Source: Iphione sp. A-MEVVRFRX5
Taxonomy: Eukaryota
Length of the DNA stretch: 64,000 nt
NCBI GenBank assembly: GCA_976226885.1
Contig: OZ320314.1
Location: 116,498,001-116,562,000, forward strand
Direction of reading: 5' to 3'
Under the pieces are notes generated by a model. The model did no database searches, was not told where the DNA came from, and saw only the letters and a program-made list of their open reading frames with translations. This document shows positions 1 through 14,193 of the stretch, one piece after another. Position numbers and translations under genes: made by a program. Numbering within the stretch: position 1 is the first letter of the stretch; each line of letters opens with the position of its first letter.

Positions 1-20
1 GGCACTCTTTGCACAGGATG

Positions 21-22
<2 letters not shown>

Positions 23-70
<48 letters not shown>

Positions 71-366
71 CTATCTCTGTCACTCTTTCTCCCTCTCTGT
101 CTCATTCTCTCTCTATGTTACTCTCTCTCCCTCCCTGTCTCTCTCTCTCTGTCACTCTCTTTCAGCCAGGGATGAAGAATAGAGGCGGCCTTTGGTGAAA
201 GGAGGCGGCCGGGGATGAAAGGAGCCAGCTGGGGCTGGTAGGAAGCACCTGTACTGGTTGTGTGTGTGTGTCTTTGTGTCTGTCAGTCTCCCTCTCCCTT
301 GCTCCATCTCTCTCTGTCTCTCTGTCTCTCGGTCTCTCCGTCTCTCCGTCTCACTCTCTCTCTGTG

Positions 367-400
<34 letters not shown>
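23..400. repeat. (CT)n and compound CT/GT microsatellite tract
   Basis: Pure (CT)n at about 23-68; degenerate CT/GT runs continue to about 400. The ORF at 258-524 is a translation artefact of this tract. Confidence 0.9.
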
Positions 401-403
<3 letters not shown>

Positions 404-3400
404 GTCACTGGTGTATTACTACAGCCAAGCTAAAAAAGTAGTGCTAGATACATCACTATTTGGGGAAATACTCTCTCTTCTAACAAAGAGTATCTGGCAA
501 TATCGATTACTCGAGTACACATAATAGCAAAAGATCAAATAAAGAGCAAGTTTAATTGAATCGCATTAGTGTGAGAGAGCTTGAAGGAAGGAAATGCTTG
601 AACAATCTACTTTCAGCGTATTTTCACTAGCCGTTTTAAATAAGGCAGTGTAACCAGTAATTCCAGGGTCTCATACGGTTGGCCCACTCTTTCTGAACAC
701 TCTGCTCCAGGATGATGTTCATATACGAATGCCAAGAGGTGTAACCAAACTATTTCATTACTATTTAATATTCTGTAAATGTTTCCATTTCTGAGTATGA
801 TCAACAGATTTTATGGTGGCAGACGCTAATCGAATACCCTGCTTTCAGACGATTGCTATCAGGGCGACTGGGTCAGAGCATCAGGACATCAGAGGGACAC
901 GGCTAAGAGTGCTTATAGCGTGACAATTACTGAAATATAATACATGTAGGTTTAGCACTGGGTCAGGGCATCAGGATGTCTTATTACGTGGAAAATAACC
1001 CCCAAAATTGCTTATTTTATGGAAATTCAGCCCTTAAAGCAAATTGCATGGACAGTTAGCCAAAATGGCTTATTTCACTGAAATGAGATCGAAAAAGAAT
1101 TAATTTATGTTATTCTCTCAAGTAAATTTACTATTATGCAAGTTTTCCCTACCAGGAGGGGCGAGCGGGCTTGTTTCCATACGTGAACGATCTCAATATC
1201 CGGATAAAGTTAGCTGCAAAGGACCCCCCCAACTTATATTACTGTAAAAATAATATTAATTTTTGGGATCAGTTGTATCACAGCAAAGGTACAATCGATG
1301 GTATCCACCATATGAGCCCTTATAGAAGGTTGTTATAATTGACGAAAATTTTTCATTTACATTAAGGCCTGCCCCTGTGTATGCAATGCATGTGTCAGAC
1401 CGTAGCAGTCAGAAATATGCAGTGAATTGAAAGTTAAACCCACAATATTTCCCATTGGATGATCCGTCCTAAATTTCAAAATCAATCAAACAACACTTTT
1501 CTCTTTACCATAAATTGCTAACGAAAGTTTATAGCATAGATGCTTCTATTTGTATAAAGACTATGTATATTCAGAACATACGCGTTCAGTGTAGACACAA
1601 CGTATAAGAAGAGAACATACAGTGTAAAAAGAAATGATAGATTTGAGGATTAGTTATTCCGAAAATTAATTGAAACGAGCAGCTCTGCATTTCTAAGATT
1701 AATTAATCAAATAGGTATTAATATATTTGTCGTATGGCGCCAATTAACCTGCAAACATCATGTTGGACTTCAGCTGGCCAGTCCTCATTGATTGTTTCAC
1801 ACTCAAGCTAATCGTTGAAAACAACTCGTAGCGACGGGATGAAAGAAAATTGCGGTTGTATTCCCGTAAAGGTCTTTTGGAGCACACGCAAACGACAAAA
1901 AGAGGGCTTCCGAGCAGCTCATCCGGCAGACCAGCTGCTCCAACATCCCGATGTGACATCTCCAAAGTAAATACTGGAAACGTTTTTGGAATGTCCTCCA
2001 CGTACTGAAATGCAATTCTCTTGTCATCCTGAAATCTTCCTCGGCAAAAGAAATGTCTATCACCAATTTAATGCCTACGAGTTGTTTAATTTAAACTCAT
2101 TATATTAAAAATCAATCTTTATAATTACATGAAGTGTTGAAGATTTAGTTAATGTATCCTAGAGTTCTATACTATACACCATTTTGTCCTCAGCTTTCTC
2201 CTGCTTCATTTAGATCGAAGTAGGAGAAATGATGGTTCCAGTACTGCAAAGTACTGACTAGCCTTTTGACTGAGACATTTGTATTGAATAAAACCCAAAA
2301 CCACTGACCGATCAACCTTACATTTTTTCAGCATGTTACCAGGAACCCGAAAATGTTCTTTTTGTTTGGAGAGGGGAAGGGAAGGGACACATTATCAACT
2401 GTTTAATTTAAAAGGTTACACCTTCAGTTGCACTTTGCACCGACAATACAGTTTGGCTCTAGAATACAGGCCTAAAGCCTTGCTTTATGTCAGCAGCGTA
2501 CGTTTCATGGTCTACTGATACCAGTCCGTCAAAAAGAATAATAACGAAAGAAGAAAAAGAAATCAAATGGTAAATAGCGAATGGCTGCATCAGGGCAAGA
2601 CTCATTCAAAAATGTCAAAACTCTTTTACAGCGGTTCATTCCACCACGCACACCAGCAATCTCTCAAATTTGTCAAATTTGACAGACTCTTTTATTCCTC
2701 CCTGAAATGTCCGGGCGATTCATTTTTACAAAAGGACAAACGGTAGGCATTTCCATATGTATAATATATAAGGTGTATTATGACATATATTATTAGTCTT
2801 TATTGATCCTGGGTAATTTGCAGCAGGGCAGATACTGGGCTTAGCTGGACTGTAGGATATCAGGAGGACCAGCACCGTGATCGTCAATATACAGATGGCA
2901 TCTTATGTACCTCGATGTTTATCTCAACATCTAAATGGAAATCACGAGGTAGAACACTCATTTCTGGATAGAGATCACCTATCCCGACCTAATTCGTCTA
3001 TCGAGAACAATCTAGACGGCCTTGTTTAACAATGTTCCGATTGTTGCATAATATGCTACTGCAATTTTCAACTGTAATCAACAGCATTCTGTTCTGTACA
3101 GTGAAACATAATTGCGTTTTATCAAAAGCAGACAGAAGTCGATTTCATGTGCGATGTAACGTGCGGTTTTCAAGTTCAGACTGCATAGAACTTCCTTTTG
3201 TATTTCCATTAAGAGGATGGGGGGAAGGAGTCGTAAAGGTGCAGACACAGAAAGAGAGAAATTGAGGGGATGCAAAAGAGATGAACACAGAGGAAAAAAG
3301 AGACAGTGGCACATTGAAAAATAGGAAAGGTAGTCCTTTTGAAACTCAATTCAATCCAATTCAATTTTTGATTGAACACTTTCATTTGCACAGATATTAA

Positions 3401-6400
3401 CAAACGTCGTTGGAAATTACATTCTTTACAATGAAATATCTCCATGTGAAAGAGTGAGGTAATACTATTGTGAGGATATCTATGATGGTATGATTTATAT
3501 CCCTCTATTTGCAAAAGTAACACTTTACATAATTACATGTACTATTTTAGAGTTCCTATTTTGTCGACAAATTTATTGGTTTTTCACTTGAACATTATTT
3601 CTGTTGCGTGCACATTATAATGCAAAATAACAGTGTTAAGACTAACACAGCTTAAAACTTTGTTCTTTGATGTAATGTAACTAGATCCAAATAACACCGA
3701 GATTTTATTTAAATGCATCCTCAATCAATAGTGGAAAGACCTAGTGCATGCGTCATTTACACTGATATTTTTGTTTAACCTTTTGTTTTTTTCTTCTTTT
3801 GTGAATATCTTGAGCTTGAATAAAGGTAGAGACCCATATAATATAACGTTGTCTACCTTCGGTCACTGGCTTTCATATGATATCATTACTATTATAAGAT
3901 CAAAGCATTATAAATAATGTATCGATATACATTTATTTCTTTCAGTATTAATTCCCGTTGAAAAAAAAACAGGAAAAAATGTAGAAATACCACCTATTGG
4001 CTGAACCAATCATTTGTCATCATGGTACTGGAAACAATGGTATTTTTTTACACCTAAGAACCAATGATTTTCAGCATATATCACTGTTTGATTATTTGTT
4101 ATATATGATTATCTACCTTGTTTTCAGATACGTGAATTTAAAAAAATGAATAGATGAAGACAACGGCCTAGGCCCTCCTACCGAGTCTGAATTAGAATAA
4201 TGGAATAATGAACTACAACATTTAATATTACCCTTCAGTATTGTACTCCAGGAGTCGTTTAGTAACACTAATGAATACATTTTATTCAGAAAAAAAGTCC
4301 GCTTTTCTATGGCACAAGTACGTCACTAAGCAGTACACGAGGAACGTCTCATAAATTGGATGAGAAATACGATAACTGTGATTCTTTACGTTAATGAACT
4401 TATTTGTCGCTGAAGAATTCACAAGGACTAATCACAACTGATATCTTATTACCAGACTTCTTTTCCTCGTCAGAGCAGTTCTCACATGAAAGGATAGGAC
4501 ATGCCCCCCCCCCCCTCCTCATTATGGACATCTTGTTGCATTTCAGGGGGTTGTGTGGACACCTACGTTACCGGGAGCACACACACCCCCCGTCGCGAAG
4601 TGTTTTTTTTAATTACAGAAGAGAAGGTCTGAATAGATTTGTCGTGCATACAACGCCGAGTACAGCTCATCTATTCTGCTGACTATATATAACATATATC
4701 GAATGACTGTTTTCATTCGCCATTTTATTGTCTTCTATACAATCATCTGGATGCGCCGAAGAACGATTGTTATACGATGTGCTTTGATTCGAAGGCAACC
4801 TTTTGAAATGTCAAATAAATGTCTATAGATTGCATAAAATCCATTACCTCATCTTCATTTAAAAAGATGGATAAGCTTACCATGAATCATTGTCGGCAAA
4901 TGCCTGTTTCAAAATTTTTAACAGGGATATTTCCTTTTAAAGGCACCAAGTGGAACAACCTTTTACTTGTACAGACAATTGGAAATCAGCGCAAACTTTC
5001 TCATGCTATCTTTGATAGAAATATGTACTAGAATCATAATTATAACTTTGCGAGTGATGCCTGGAGGGAATTTTCCAGACGCTCGAGGTACTCGACAGTG
5101 CATCCGTCCTACACAGCAACCTGTTTCTTCCCAGATGTTGTACAGAGGGTTCGCAATACACACGAAGACGAAATGAAATTTTATTCAAACTATTCAAAAC
5201 GCACAGCGAAGATCGGATTAACATTTCCGATTTCTTCTTCATTACAATTAAATTATCTGCACATTCATCTACGCTTCCTCATTTCATCTTGTTACAGTAA
5301 TCTTTTTAATCATGAACCAGCAAAGCAACTACAATACATTTGGGGATGAGAATTATACTAATGTTACTACATCCAAGGCTTCTAAGTAAATTGGTTTGAT
5401 CTGCTGCTATCTATACAGTCCACCCTTTTGATCCCATCCTGTGTTTGCACTTAACATAATACTCTACCTTCTCTAATGTTGCGATAATGAAATTAAAAAT
5501 TCGAAACATCAAAGCAGCTACCATACACTTTTGGATGGAACTATACTATAGATGTTACTTCCAAAGCTTCTGAATATATTAATTTACTAATGTTGCGACA
5601 ATGGAATAAACTTTCAAGATAAAAGGAACGGAGCTCTGAACTGAAACCAACTACGAATCCTAAAATCTGATCGCGGGGAAATTTCGATGACTAGAAAAAC
5701 TAGCTTTTTCTCTTTTAACACGATTTCCCCTGAGTCAGGTGGGTTAAAGATTGTCAGATGTCCCCAGTAAAATACACTGATGTTGAGCAAAAAATCCAGG
5801 CACGCAAAATGTCAGCTTCTCCAATACAGGAACGCCTGACAAAAACGATAAGGTTTAAAAATCATTAGGAGACGGTGTACATCTGCCCTAACACGTGAAA
5901 GTCGCACTTTCATAGGCAGGATTAACTGAATTCTGATGCATTCGTTAATGTGAAGATCTGAATCATCATCAGCAACAGATGCATCACATTTATCAAAATA
6001 ACTCTTACAGCAAAATCTTTGAAAATTTAAAACATTCTTTAACCTTTTCGATAATCGTCTCAGCCTATTGGAATGACTATCAATTGCATGCTTTAACATC
6101 CCGTATTATTGAAGATGTTCTTCGCGAAAATCTTTCGAAAAAAGAGGGAAATATATAAGTCAGGGATGGCAGACATCATCTGCTACAAGTAGAAAACTGA
6201 TGTACCATTGTTCAGGCATCGTCAGTCAATGGTCACATCGGTTGGGTTTCTCTAACAAAACAAGTGTAAACGACACTGTTTTCTTTATAATCTTCTATAC
6301 GACGTATTTGAGGGAACTCGAATTGGTTGCTTTCAGCCCTCCATACTCATTCAACTCATTGCATACTACTTTTGTATATAGAAAACACACAGCATTAGAC

Positions 6401-7237
6401 CCGTTTCCATACCTGCATTGAGGTGCATCCCCCTGTAGTTTGCCATCCTCGTGCATTGACATGCATTTCACAGGTGTTTAGTCATCTAGCCGCCCCATGA
6501 ATAGGGATGTCAGTTGACCCTGCATTTAAGTTGTGTGAAATCAATCATAGAGCTTTGATAGATAGGTAAAAATGGAGGAATTGGATGTTAAAAGCTGTGA
6601 AAAATGGCAAAAATGAAGAAAAACATTGTGCATTAATTCAATTCAACTGTTTTTTTCACGTTTGACAAATACATTAAATGCAATATTGAACTCTTCCGGA
6701 GAACAGAGAAAATTCTTCGTCTAAAGAACGATAGTTATGAGATTGATGGAGAAAATCAATGTTTTTACTGTTTGGGTCTTACATACAAGAACTCATTAGT
6801 TTTACTTTCCTTCTTTTTACACCTTTGGTCACATAAGTCTCCTACTCAGTTTCTGGTAACGCATTCCATAGTTTACAAGCACTGTAGATGAAGCTAGATG
6901 AGTAAATGAAAATTATCAGTCAGTGCTGAATAATGAACAGCAGATCCTAAACGGACCTCAACACACACATACACACACATAGATGACACCTCCAATAGAT
7001 ATGACTGGTTCAATAGAAAATGGACACTAATGCACACCAACACCCACGAAGGAAAATGCAGGTATGGAAAGTGGGCCTTATGAAGCACCCTATCTGCCAC
7101 ATTGTCATTAGGTGGTGTTTTCTTGTGAATTGGCTCTTGTGTTAGGGTCCTTCTATATTTATTATCTGTTTAAGAATAGGTCTGTTAAGTAAGTAACCTT
7201 CCAGGTCTATAGCTAATTAGTTTTGTGAGAGGGCTCT

Positions 7238-7361
7238 CGGACGATACCCCCAACACCCCAGAGGTGGAACTATTTATTTTTTCATCTTCATTAACACTTG
7301 TACACTTCAATGTTTCTGCGGGGGGGGGGGTACCCTCGATAACCCCTTGGCTACGGGCCTG
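7238..7361 (-). mobile_element. Truncated copy of the CAGGCCCGTAGCCA-TIR MITE family
   Basis: Right end ...CCTTGGCTACGGGCCTG and internal GGACGATACCCCC / GGTGGAACT match the copies at 14194 and 49572. Left TIR missing. Confidence 0.6.
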
Positions 7362-7513
7362 ACTTTCTGATGAGACTGTGTGAAATAATGGTTTGCAGAT
7401 GTTCAGGTTCAGTGAAGTCCTGTGCAAATCTATTGGTTAATGGATGCGTTTGAGTTAAAACCCGTCCTGGATGCGTTTGCTTCCCTCTAACGCAGGTGTT
7501 GGGCATTATGATC

Positions 7514-7515
<2 letters not shown>

Positions 7516-7572
<57 letters not shown>
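7516..7572. repeat. (AT)n(AG)n microsatellite
   Basis: Directly visible. Confidence 0.9.
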
Positions 7573-7573
<1 letters not shown>

Positions 7574-7599
7574 GCTGGTTAAAATCAATCTCCACTCTT

Positions 7600-10500
7600 T
7601 CAGGCACTCATTAGGTGGACAATGTACACATATTAAAGGGCCCCTTACTGATATTCAACATGCTTAATATCTCGTATTGATGGGTTCCCATAAATAACAC
7701 AGGAGACATCATTTCCTAAGATGAATAACAACCTTATCCTTTGATAGAGACACATCCCTTCGCAAGATACCACCCAATCCTCTGAACTGCCTCTTACGAA
7801 ACAAACATCTAAAACCTAACAAGACAGCACACCATCTCAGGATATCTTGAATACCATTGAAGTTGAGTGCCTAATAAAGTTTCATCAAATCCTCCAATGA
7901 CAAACCTTAAGAAACCATAGACGAATCATTATAAATACTCTTCAACCCATTAATCATCCATTTGATATTAGAGTCTTAGACGTGGTGGATCTAAAAATCT
8001 CCATTTATGCTCAAATACCAAACCACTTAAATAATTAGCCACTGACAATGGACACATCCTCAAGGACAAATATGCACAATATAACCTAAACTGACTCTGG
8101 CTGCAAGAAAAGGGAACAAAATTATACTCCTTACAAAAGCCCAAATAAACAATTTGCTACCTCCTCCTTGTCTTGAGAAAATTCCTTGAATATGCTTCAC
8201 TCCTCAAAGAAGACATCCTATTCTTCAATTTTTGCACCAGATCTAAAACAAAATAACACCTCCTTACAGCAAGTGACTTAAACCCACTGCAACCACCTAT
8301 TATCATCGCTTTTGAACTTATCATCCCTTCTAGACAAGGTGTCTACAATTACGTTATCCTTGGTGCTCAGATATTCTGATGATATTCTGATATTATAAAC
8401 AACACAAATCCAGAAAATCTCTTTCAACCACCACATGCAAATCCTATTCGAGCTTCTACCGGTCCTGAGCATATGGAGTACCTGGGTATTATCAACCGTT
8501 AATAATGCATGAGTTCTTCTCCATTTACCATACCACCGCTTCAATGACACAACAACTGGCCACAACTCATAGACATTGATGTTCTTGACAACACTCTCAT
8601 CACTTGGAGGCTTTTCTATATGACCACAACCAAATCCCACACAGTCCCCTTCCCATGAGCCTAAAAACAAGTCATTCTCAATGTAGCCAGCAAATCCTTT
8701 AAAAGAGGCATCAGTATAACAAACAAAATCTGTATCCCTTGGACTGAAAATCTTCCAACACTATTAAATAACTTTGAAAACGGAAGCCACCATTTCAAAT
8801 CCTCCAGGACTATACAACTGATCACCGTCTTCCTATTATTCCTTGCCTATGTTTTAACAAAGTCATAGAGACTTCTGCAAAAGGTCATACCACCTAAGAT
8901 AATAGTAGACCAGTGAGAAAGGAAACCTGCAATTTTCTCCCCTTCCTTCCTACACATCTCTTTTTCAACAACCTCAGACAACATAGTACACATTTTCTCT
9001 AATCTACCATCCGGTAATCCGAGATACATGTCAGCACTGTCTTTTTCGATCCCTAAGAACAGCCAAACCTGATTTGGATCGGTTACTTTCCTCCAGGAAA
9101 CCTCAAGACCTAAAGATATAAGTGTTTCCACCGGTAAGTCTCTCTTTCTCACACATGAATCATAGCAATCGCCCTTCACGAAAAGATCCTCAAAATAGTT
9201 CACCACACAGCCATAAGAGCGGAAACAATACTACTGCACTATGAAATTTGAAATTTGAGTGAAAATATACGGTGCACATTTAAGTCCAAAGGTTAAGGTG
9301 TTATTCACAAAGAATTTCCCATCTCCATCAAGGACCCAACTAAAGCCCTGGAACTTCCTACAATTCTCTGCCAAACTAACCAATCTATGAGCGTTGCTTA
9401 TGTCCACAACTGACATGTAATCCCCACACTACAAAAATTTACAAACATCATTGACTGATTTATATGAGGAGGACTCAAATAACCCATCCATAAAACTATT
9501 GATGGAAGAACCTCTTGGCATCAAACAGTCCGTGATCGGACGTAGCAAACCATCACTCTTTTGGACTCCTCCCATGGCATGTACACATTGTGGGATATCA
9601 TCCGCCAAGCTGATAATACCTAAGGCCTGTTCCTATCTGATTTTCTCAGTCATCTCCGACCAAACGGGCTCACTTTCAATTGACTTATAATTCCTACAGT
9701 AGTAACTTCCATCAAACTCACTGTTAACTATCTTGAAACCATCACAAACACCACTCCATATAAACTTCCTGCAAGAAACATCCATTGAGCCAAAACAACA
9801 GCCCCTAAAAAACCTGCACGGCAACAGTTTACTTTCAACACCACCTATCAAATGAGAACAGTCACAACAATTTCCTAAACATGACTTCATGATCCTAATC
9901 ACCTTTGAACCATTAAATACCACATACATCAGCCCATCACTGTGGTATGATACTCTACCAGCTGGAGGAGAGAACCTGCAAAATCCAAAAGCATCCAATC
10001 CTCTTTGTCTGAACCTGACCCCATGCGAAAACTTAATGAATTCCCTATCCCCCCCAGCAGCTCAACACCATCGGGCCTGAAAAAGAAGGGTTCATCACGC
10101 CCCCCCCCCCCTAAATCTGGGAAGGAGAAAACATTGCCATAACATGGCTTATCCTGAACAGACACAATATCATTTGTACATAGTCATTTCTTTACCCCCT
10201 TTCCATCCTTACTCTTCTCAAAATTGTTTACATTGGATGGACATTCGAAAGCTCTATGCTCGGAATTAGCACAAACTAAACATGCATGCTTAAAAACACA
10301 GCTGCTATCATGGTAAGTGCCATTGTTGATTCTGTAACAAACTTTATCAGACTTTCGAGAAAAATCAGCATGGCGATGAATTTTCTGTTTGGAGTTTGAA
10401 CCACGCCCACTATTGATCATGATGATCATTATAAAACGGGAAATGGCTTCTGATAAAATCATCGTCACCAAATTTAACCTCACTCAAGCCTTTGTTCTCT

Positions 10501-11450
10501 GCCTTCTTCCTGATGTCCTTGTCATACTCAATAAAGGAATTGTCCCAGTACACGTTCCTCATACGTTTCTCCGCTAGGAAAGCAAGATGATTCAAATAGC
10601 CAGAAATGTTCTGCCCTTCTATACGTTAAGCTGCACTAGTGCAATTGAACCATACATCAGTTGATCATAATTATCAATTTTCTCAACTTTAGCTGCAGCT
10701 GCTACATTAAAGTCCTTCTTACCCCTCGGCTTGTCTCTGCGCTTTTTAATCGTCCTCCTCAGAATCACTTGAACTTGAAGTAGACAAATATTCATCGCTC
10801 GATGAAGTATTCTCATCACGCCATTTACTAACAGTGCCATCCTTCCTGGTCTCCTTAGAAAATGGCGTGGACGAACCACAAGAAGCGAGAAACATCGACA
10901 CCAAATTCTTCAGCTTATCAAGCCATGAGCTGATTACCAGCGGCAAAAAAATGGGTAGTGCAGATGTCACTTTTACGAATTGTGACGTTTTATTGAAAAT
11001 TGACCAATCAAATCACTCAAAATTGCAACAATGTCACAATTTCGTAAAAGTGACATCCGCAGTACCCGTTTCTTTCACCGCTGGCGATCGGTCTATTGAG
11101 ATAATCCAATGTTGCCACCATTACCATTTTCCATCACAGATTTCGCAGGACCAGAGTCAACTGCTTTCGAAGCACCAATTTCCTCAGAAACACATTGAAC
11201 ATCCCGAAAATCCAACGCCGATTTCTCGAAAATGACTTCCTCTAATCAACAAATTGCCAGCTCAACAAAACCAGGTCTGTATATTTCAAAACTGTATGTT
11301 GTCACCCCTAATGTTCCATGGGATACATATGTTACCAGGTGATGTCACCAGAGTCACTGAAGTTGGCTTGGAGACCATTTATATCCCTTATGTCGTCACC
11401 CACTCAATATACAAATAAACCCCTTATTTACACTACTCTTATAAAACGGC
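7600..11450 (-). mobile_element. Degenerate DIRS-order (Ngaro/PAT-like) tyrosine-recombinase retrotransposon
   Basis: Fragmented minus-strand ORFs in the order gag-RT-RNase H-YR. Gag-like: YDKDIRKKA and C-terminal CVFKHACLVCANSEHRAFEC (10184-10595). RT: VDISNAHR..LTFGLKCAPYIF, YFED, FLGIEKDS (8847-9416). DIRS-type RNase H: NINVYELWPVVVSL..VDN..EYLSTKDNVIVDTLSR (8278-8670). YR-like LLGFRCLF/RK remnant near 7790-7830. Many stops and frameshifts; boundaries approximate. Confidence 0.8.
8278..9416 (-). pseudogene. RT and RNase H remnants of the DIRS-order element
   Basis: Motifs listed above, split across three frames; catalytic YxDD has decayed to YFED. Confidence 0.8.
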
Positions 11451-11597
11451 TGCCGGAAATAAGCCCCATGCGTTATGTTCACTGCGCATGCCTGAATGTT
11501 GGAGGGCCAATCACAGAGCTGCTTACAAAGTGGGTTTTGCTCTGGGTTAGGGTTCAGATTACACTAGAGACGGTGAACTTTCGGCACTTGCACTGGG

Positions 11598-11618
11598 GTG
11601 TGTGTGTGTGTGTGTGTG

Positions 11619-11655
<37 letters not shown>

Positions 11656-11670
11656 TTCTGTGTGTGTATG
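11598..11670. repeat. (TG)n(CT)n compound microsatellite
   Basis: Directly visible. Confidence 0.9.
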
Positions 11671-11684
11671 CACCAGGGTACACA

Positions 11685-11915
11685 ACGCTTCACCAGAATA
11701 ATAGGGGGGACACCTATTTTGGTGAAGCGTTACAGCTGCTATTTTTAATCTAGGTGAAACATTATTTGCTCCTCCAAGTCATGGTGAAGTGTTATACAGC
11801 ATTTCCTGGTGATGGGAGATGAAGAAATTAATTCTTGGTGAAGCTTATCTGCTGCATCTTTAAGCATTCTGAGTGTTTTGAATTCTTGGTGAAGCGTTAT
11901 TGGGTACCCCCTGTC
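11685..11915. repeat. Dispersed repeat with recurrent TGGTGAAGCGTTA motif; related copy at about 38305-38495
   Basis: Inverted repeat AACGCTTCACCAGAATA...TATTTTGGTGAAGCGTT, then several TGGTGAAG copies. The second locus shares CACCTATTTTGGTGA and TTAATTCTT(G/C)GTGAA. Confidence 0.55.
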
Positions 11916-14193
11916 CCCCCCTGTAGAATAGTTGACCCCCCCCTGTCACCACCACCACCACCCTAATTAGTTCCCACGCTCATACATCCTGCTTCCCCTG
12001 GGCCGCTTGCTCCGAGTGCAATCGCTACAAATCTGTATCAACTACCAGTGCAAGCGGCGAAGCCGCTTGTTGGGATATAAATATGAAGAGATTAAAACCA
12101 GGTACGCAATGTTGAATGGCAGTAATGCAATGTCAAGCCGAAGGGTAAAATAAACCAAAATAAATCAAAACTAAATTCCAGGATTCTTTTTATGCTGACC
12201 TGAACACTGTAAGGCTATAAAACAATCGCCTAGTGATAGAAATTAATCAATTTAATATACACGCAACATGCTACTCACGTCCTAATAAATCTCTTGCTGC
12301 CTGATACGGACAAGTAGCGCCATTATTCCCGTGTTCGACGAGCACTGCTGCTACGGAATCTGAAATGCCTAAATCTCGTTCTTTCGAATAACCTTGATGA
12401 AGGGCACTGCCTCTATTGCAACCAAGCGGAGCGACCAAATCGAGGAGGTTTCCTGTTTAGCTTCCGTGACCTATTGACTGACGTTCCAATTAATTTCAAA
12501 TACCAGCGTGCTCCTAAAACTAAGGCTGGAATGCTTTAACCCTTTGAAGATTCATCGAGTATTGTAGAGTAAATTTAACAGTCGAACTCGCTGTCTTCTG
12601 TTCCAGTAATAGCGTATACTGCTCGATAACAGCATCCAGGACACTCTAACTTTCCCTGATCACGGTATCATTACGAACCTTAAGTTACGGCACCTTCTAT
12701 GGACTAATTGGCGAAACTAATTAATTAATTAATTGCCGCTAATTGGTTAAAGATGAACCTAATTAGTGCATTATCTTAAACCATGCGTTTATATATCTCG
12801 TATACTAGACTATCGATAAGGCCTAAAGAATACTTGTGTTTCCAGTAACATGCTAAAATATATAGAATCAGAAAGTAGTTTTTTTTTCACTTTTTCTTTG
12901 TTCATTGTTAAAGTATTGTATAACTATGTATGGTATTTTGATGTACATGGGTTGTATGGACACGGGGAATTTTCGCTCCTCAAATTTGTCACAATTCGGG
13001 ATATTCTCTTCAAATTCACCACAGATCAAATGTGTGTGTGTATGTCTGTCTGTCTCATTCTTTAAGTTAGAAACACATCTCGTACAGAGTGTACTTGATA
13101 TATTCCTACAGTAGGTTCAGGTTCAGGTTCAGGTGGGGGGGTTGGGCAGCGACCCCCGAAGGGGGTGCCCTGGCCTTCGCCGTCTAGGCAGGCCTTTAAC
13201 TGGCTTTTGTCCTTCTGTGACAGTTGTAGTTCTAGGAGATGGAAGTAACTCAGTGTACACACACGTGGCTGGCGTCAGACTGGCGTGATCTAAACAAGCC
13301 ACAACAAACGGCGAGTCTTCAGGGCCCCCCCCGGGCTATATTTAACGTCGGGCCGGGGGAAGAACGATGGCGAAGACCCTGGACCCGTGCCCACTCAGGC
13401 GCGGAGTGATTGACAGGTGACGTCAAACAGGCAATCAAGAGGAGTCACTGGTAGCAGCGCAGTGTAACACAGACCACTGCGCTCACCCCCACATGCGCGG
13501 GGTTACAGCGGGTGCAAAACCGCCGTGTCAGGACTCACTCTCACGTAGACCCAAGATAGACCAAGTTGCCTAGGTCTATCTGGCCCCCCTGAATGGGGTT
13601 ACAGCCCTCAGCCGGCCTGGGTCTACGACTGGCGAGGAGGTCCGTGGTGTGACCAGGTCCCTTCAAACCAGGTCACACCAGCTCCCGAAGGTTACAGCCC
13701 GTAGGCCAGCTTGGGACCTCCAAACTATCTGTGAAGACCAGAGGTGAGGGGTTAGCCTGCCTGAGGTCAGCTCCACAAAGGGTTACAGGGTGGTCAGAAC
13801 CAACGCCCCAGCTTTACACAGATAGCAAATTGCACACAACATGTTCCTCTGAATGTATAACCAGGCCATTCCGTACCAGGTTACACAGGCCCCCTTTCGG
13901 GTTACAGCTCTTCAGCCAGCCAGAACATGGGCACGTTGTAAATACTCAATAGTAAAGGGTTAACCTATCTATGAGTTGGCTCCCGAAGGTTACAGGGTGG
14001 TCAGAACCAACGCCCCAGCCTATACAACAATGTGCCAGTGCTTGCCTGTCACATACACTCACCAACCACAGCACGTCCTCGCAGGCTCGCAGCCCTGGGT
14101 CTCCTGACCTACAGTAGGTGTATGCATTCGGCTGGGCCTTATGCTACTGTGGCAATATATCGCGTACATTGCCTCATTCAGCATATTCCTATC

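Noticed and set aside
1744-2066. Overlapping short ORFs (also 5812-6099, 15659-15907, 28199-28470, 37159-37925) that might be transposase or exon relics
   Set aside because: No family motif I can name and no consistent splice structure. Needs a translated database search.
7367-7385. CTGATGA...GAAA hammerhead-like core
   Set aside because: No stem II or stem III pairing and no cleavage triplet.
13501-13995. CRISPR-like repeat-spacer array
   Set aside because: The constant part is only about 8 bp, the context is eukaryotic and there are no cas genes. Kept only as a structured-repeat finding.
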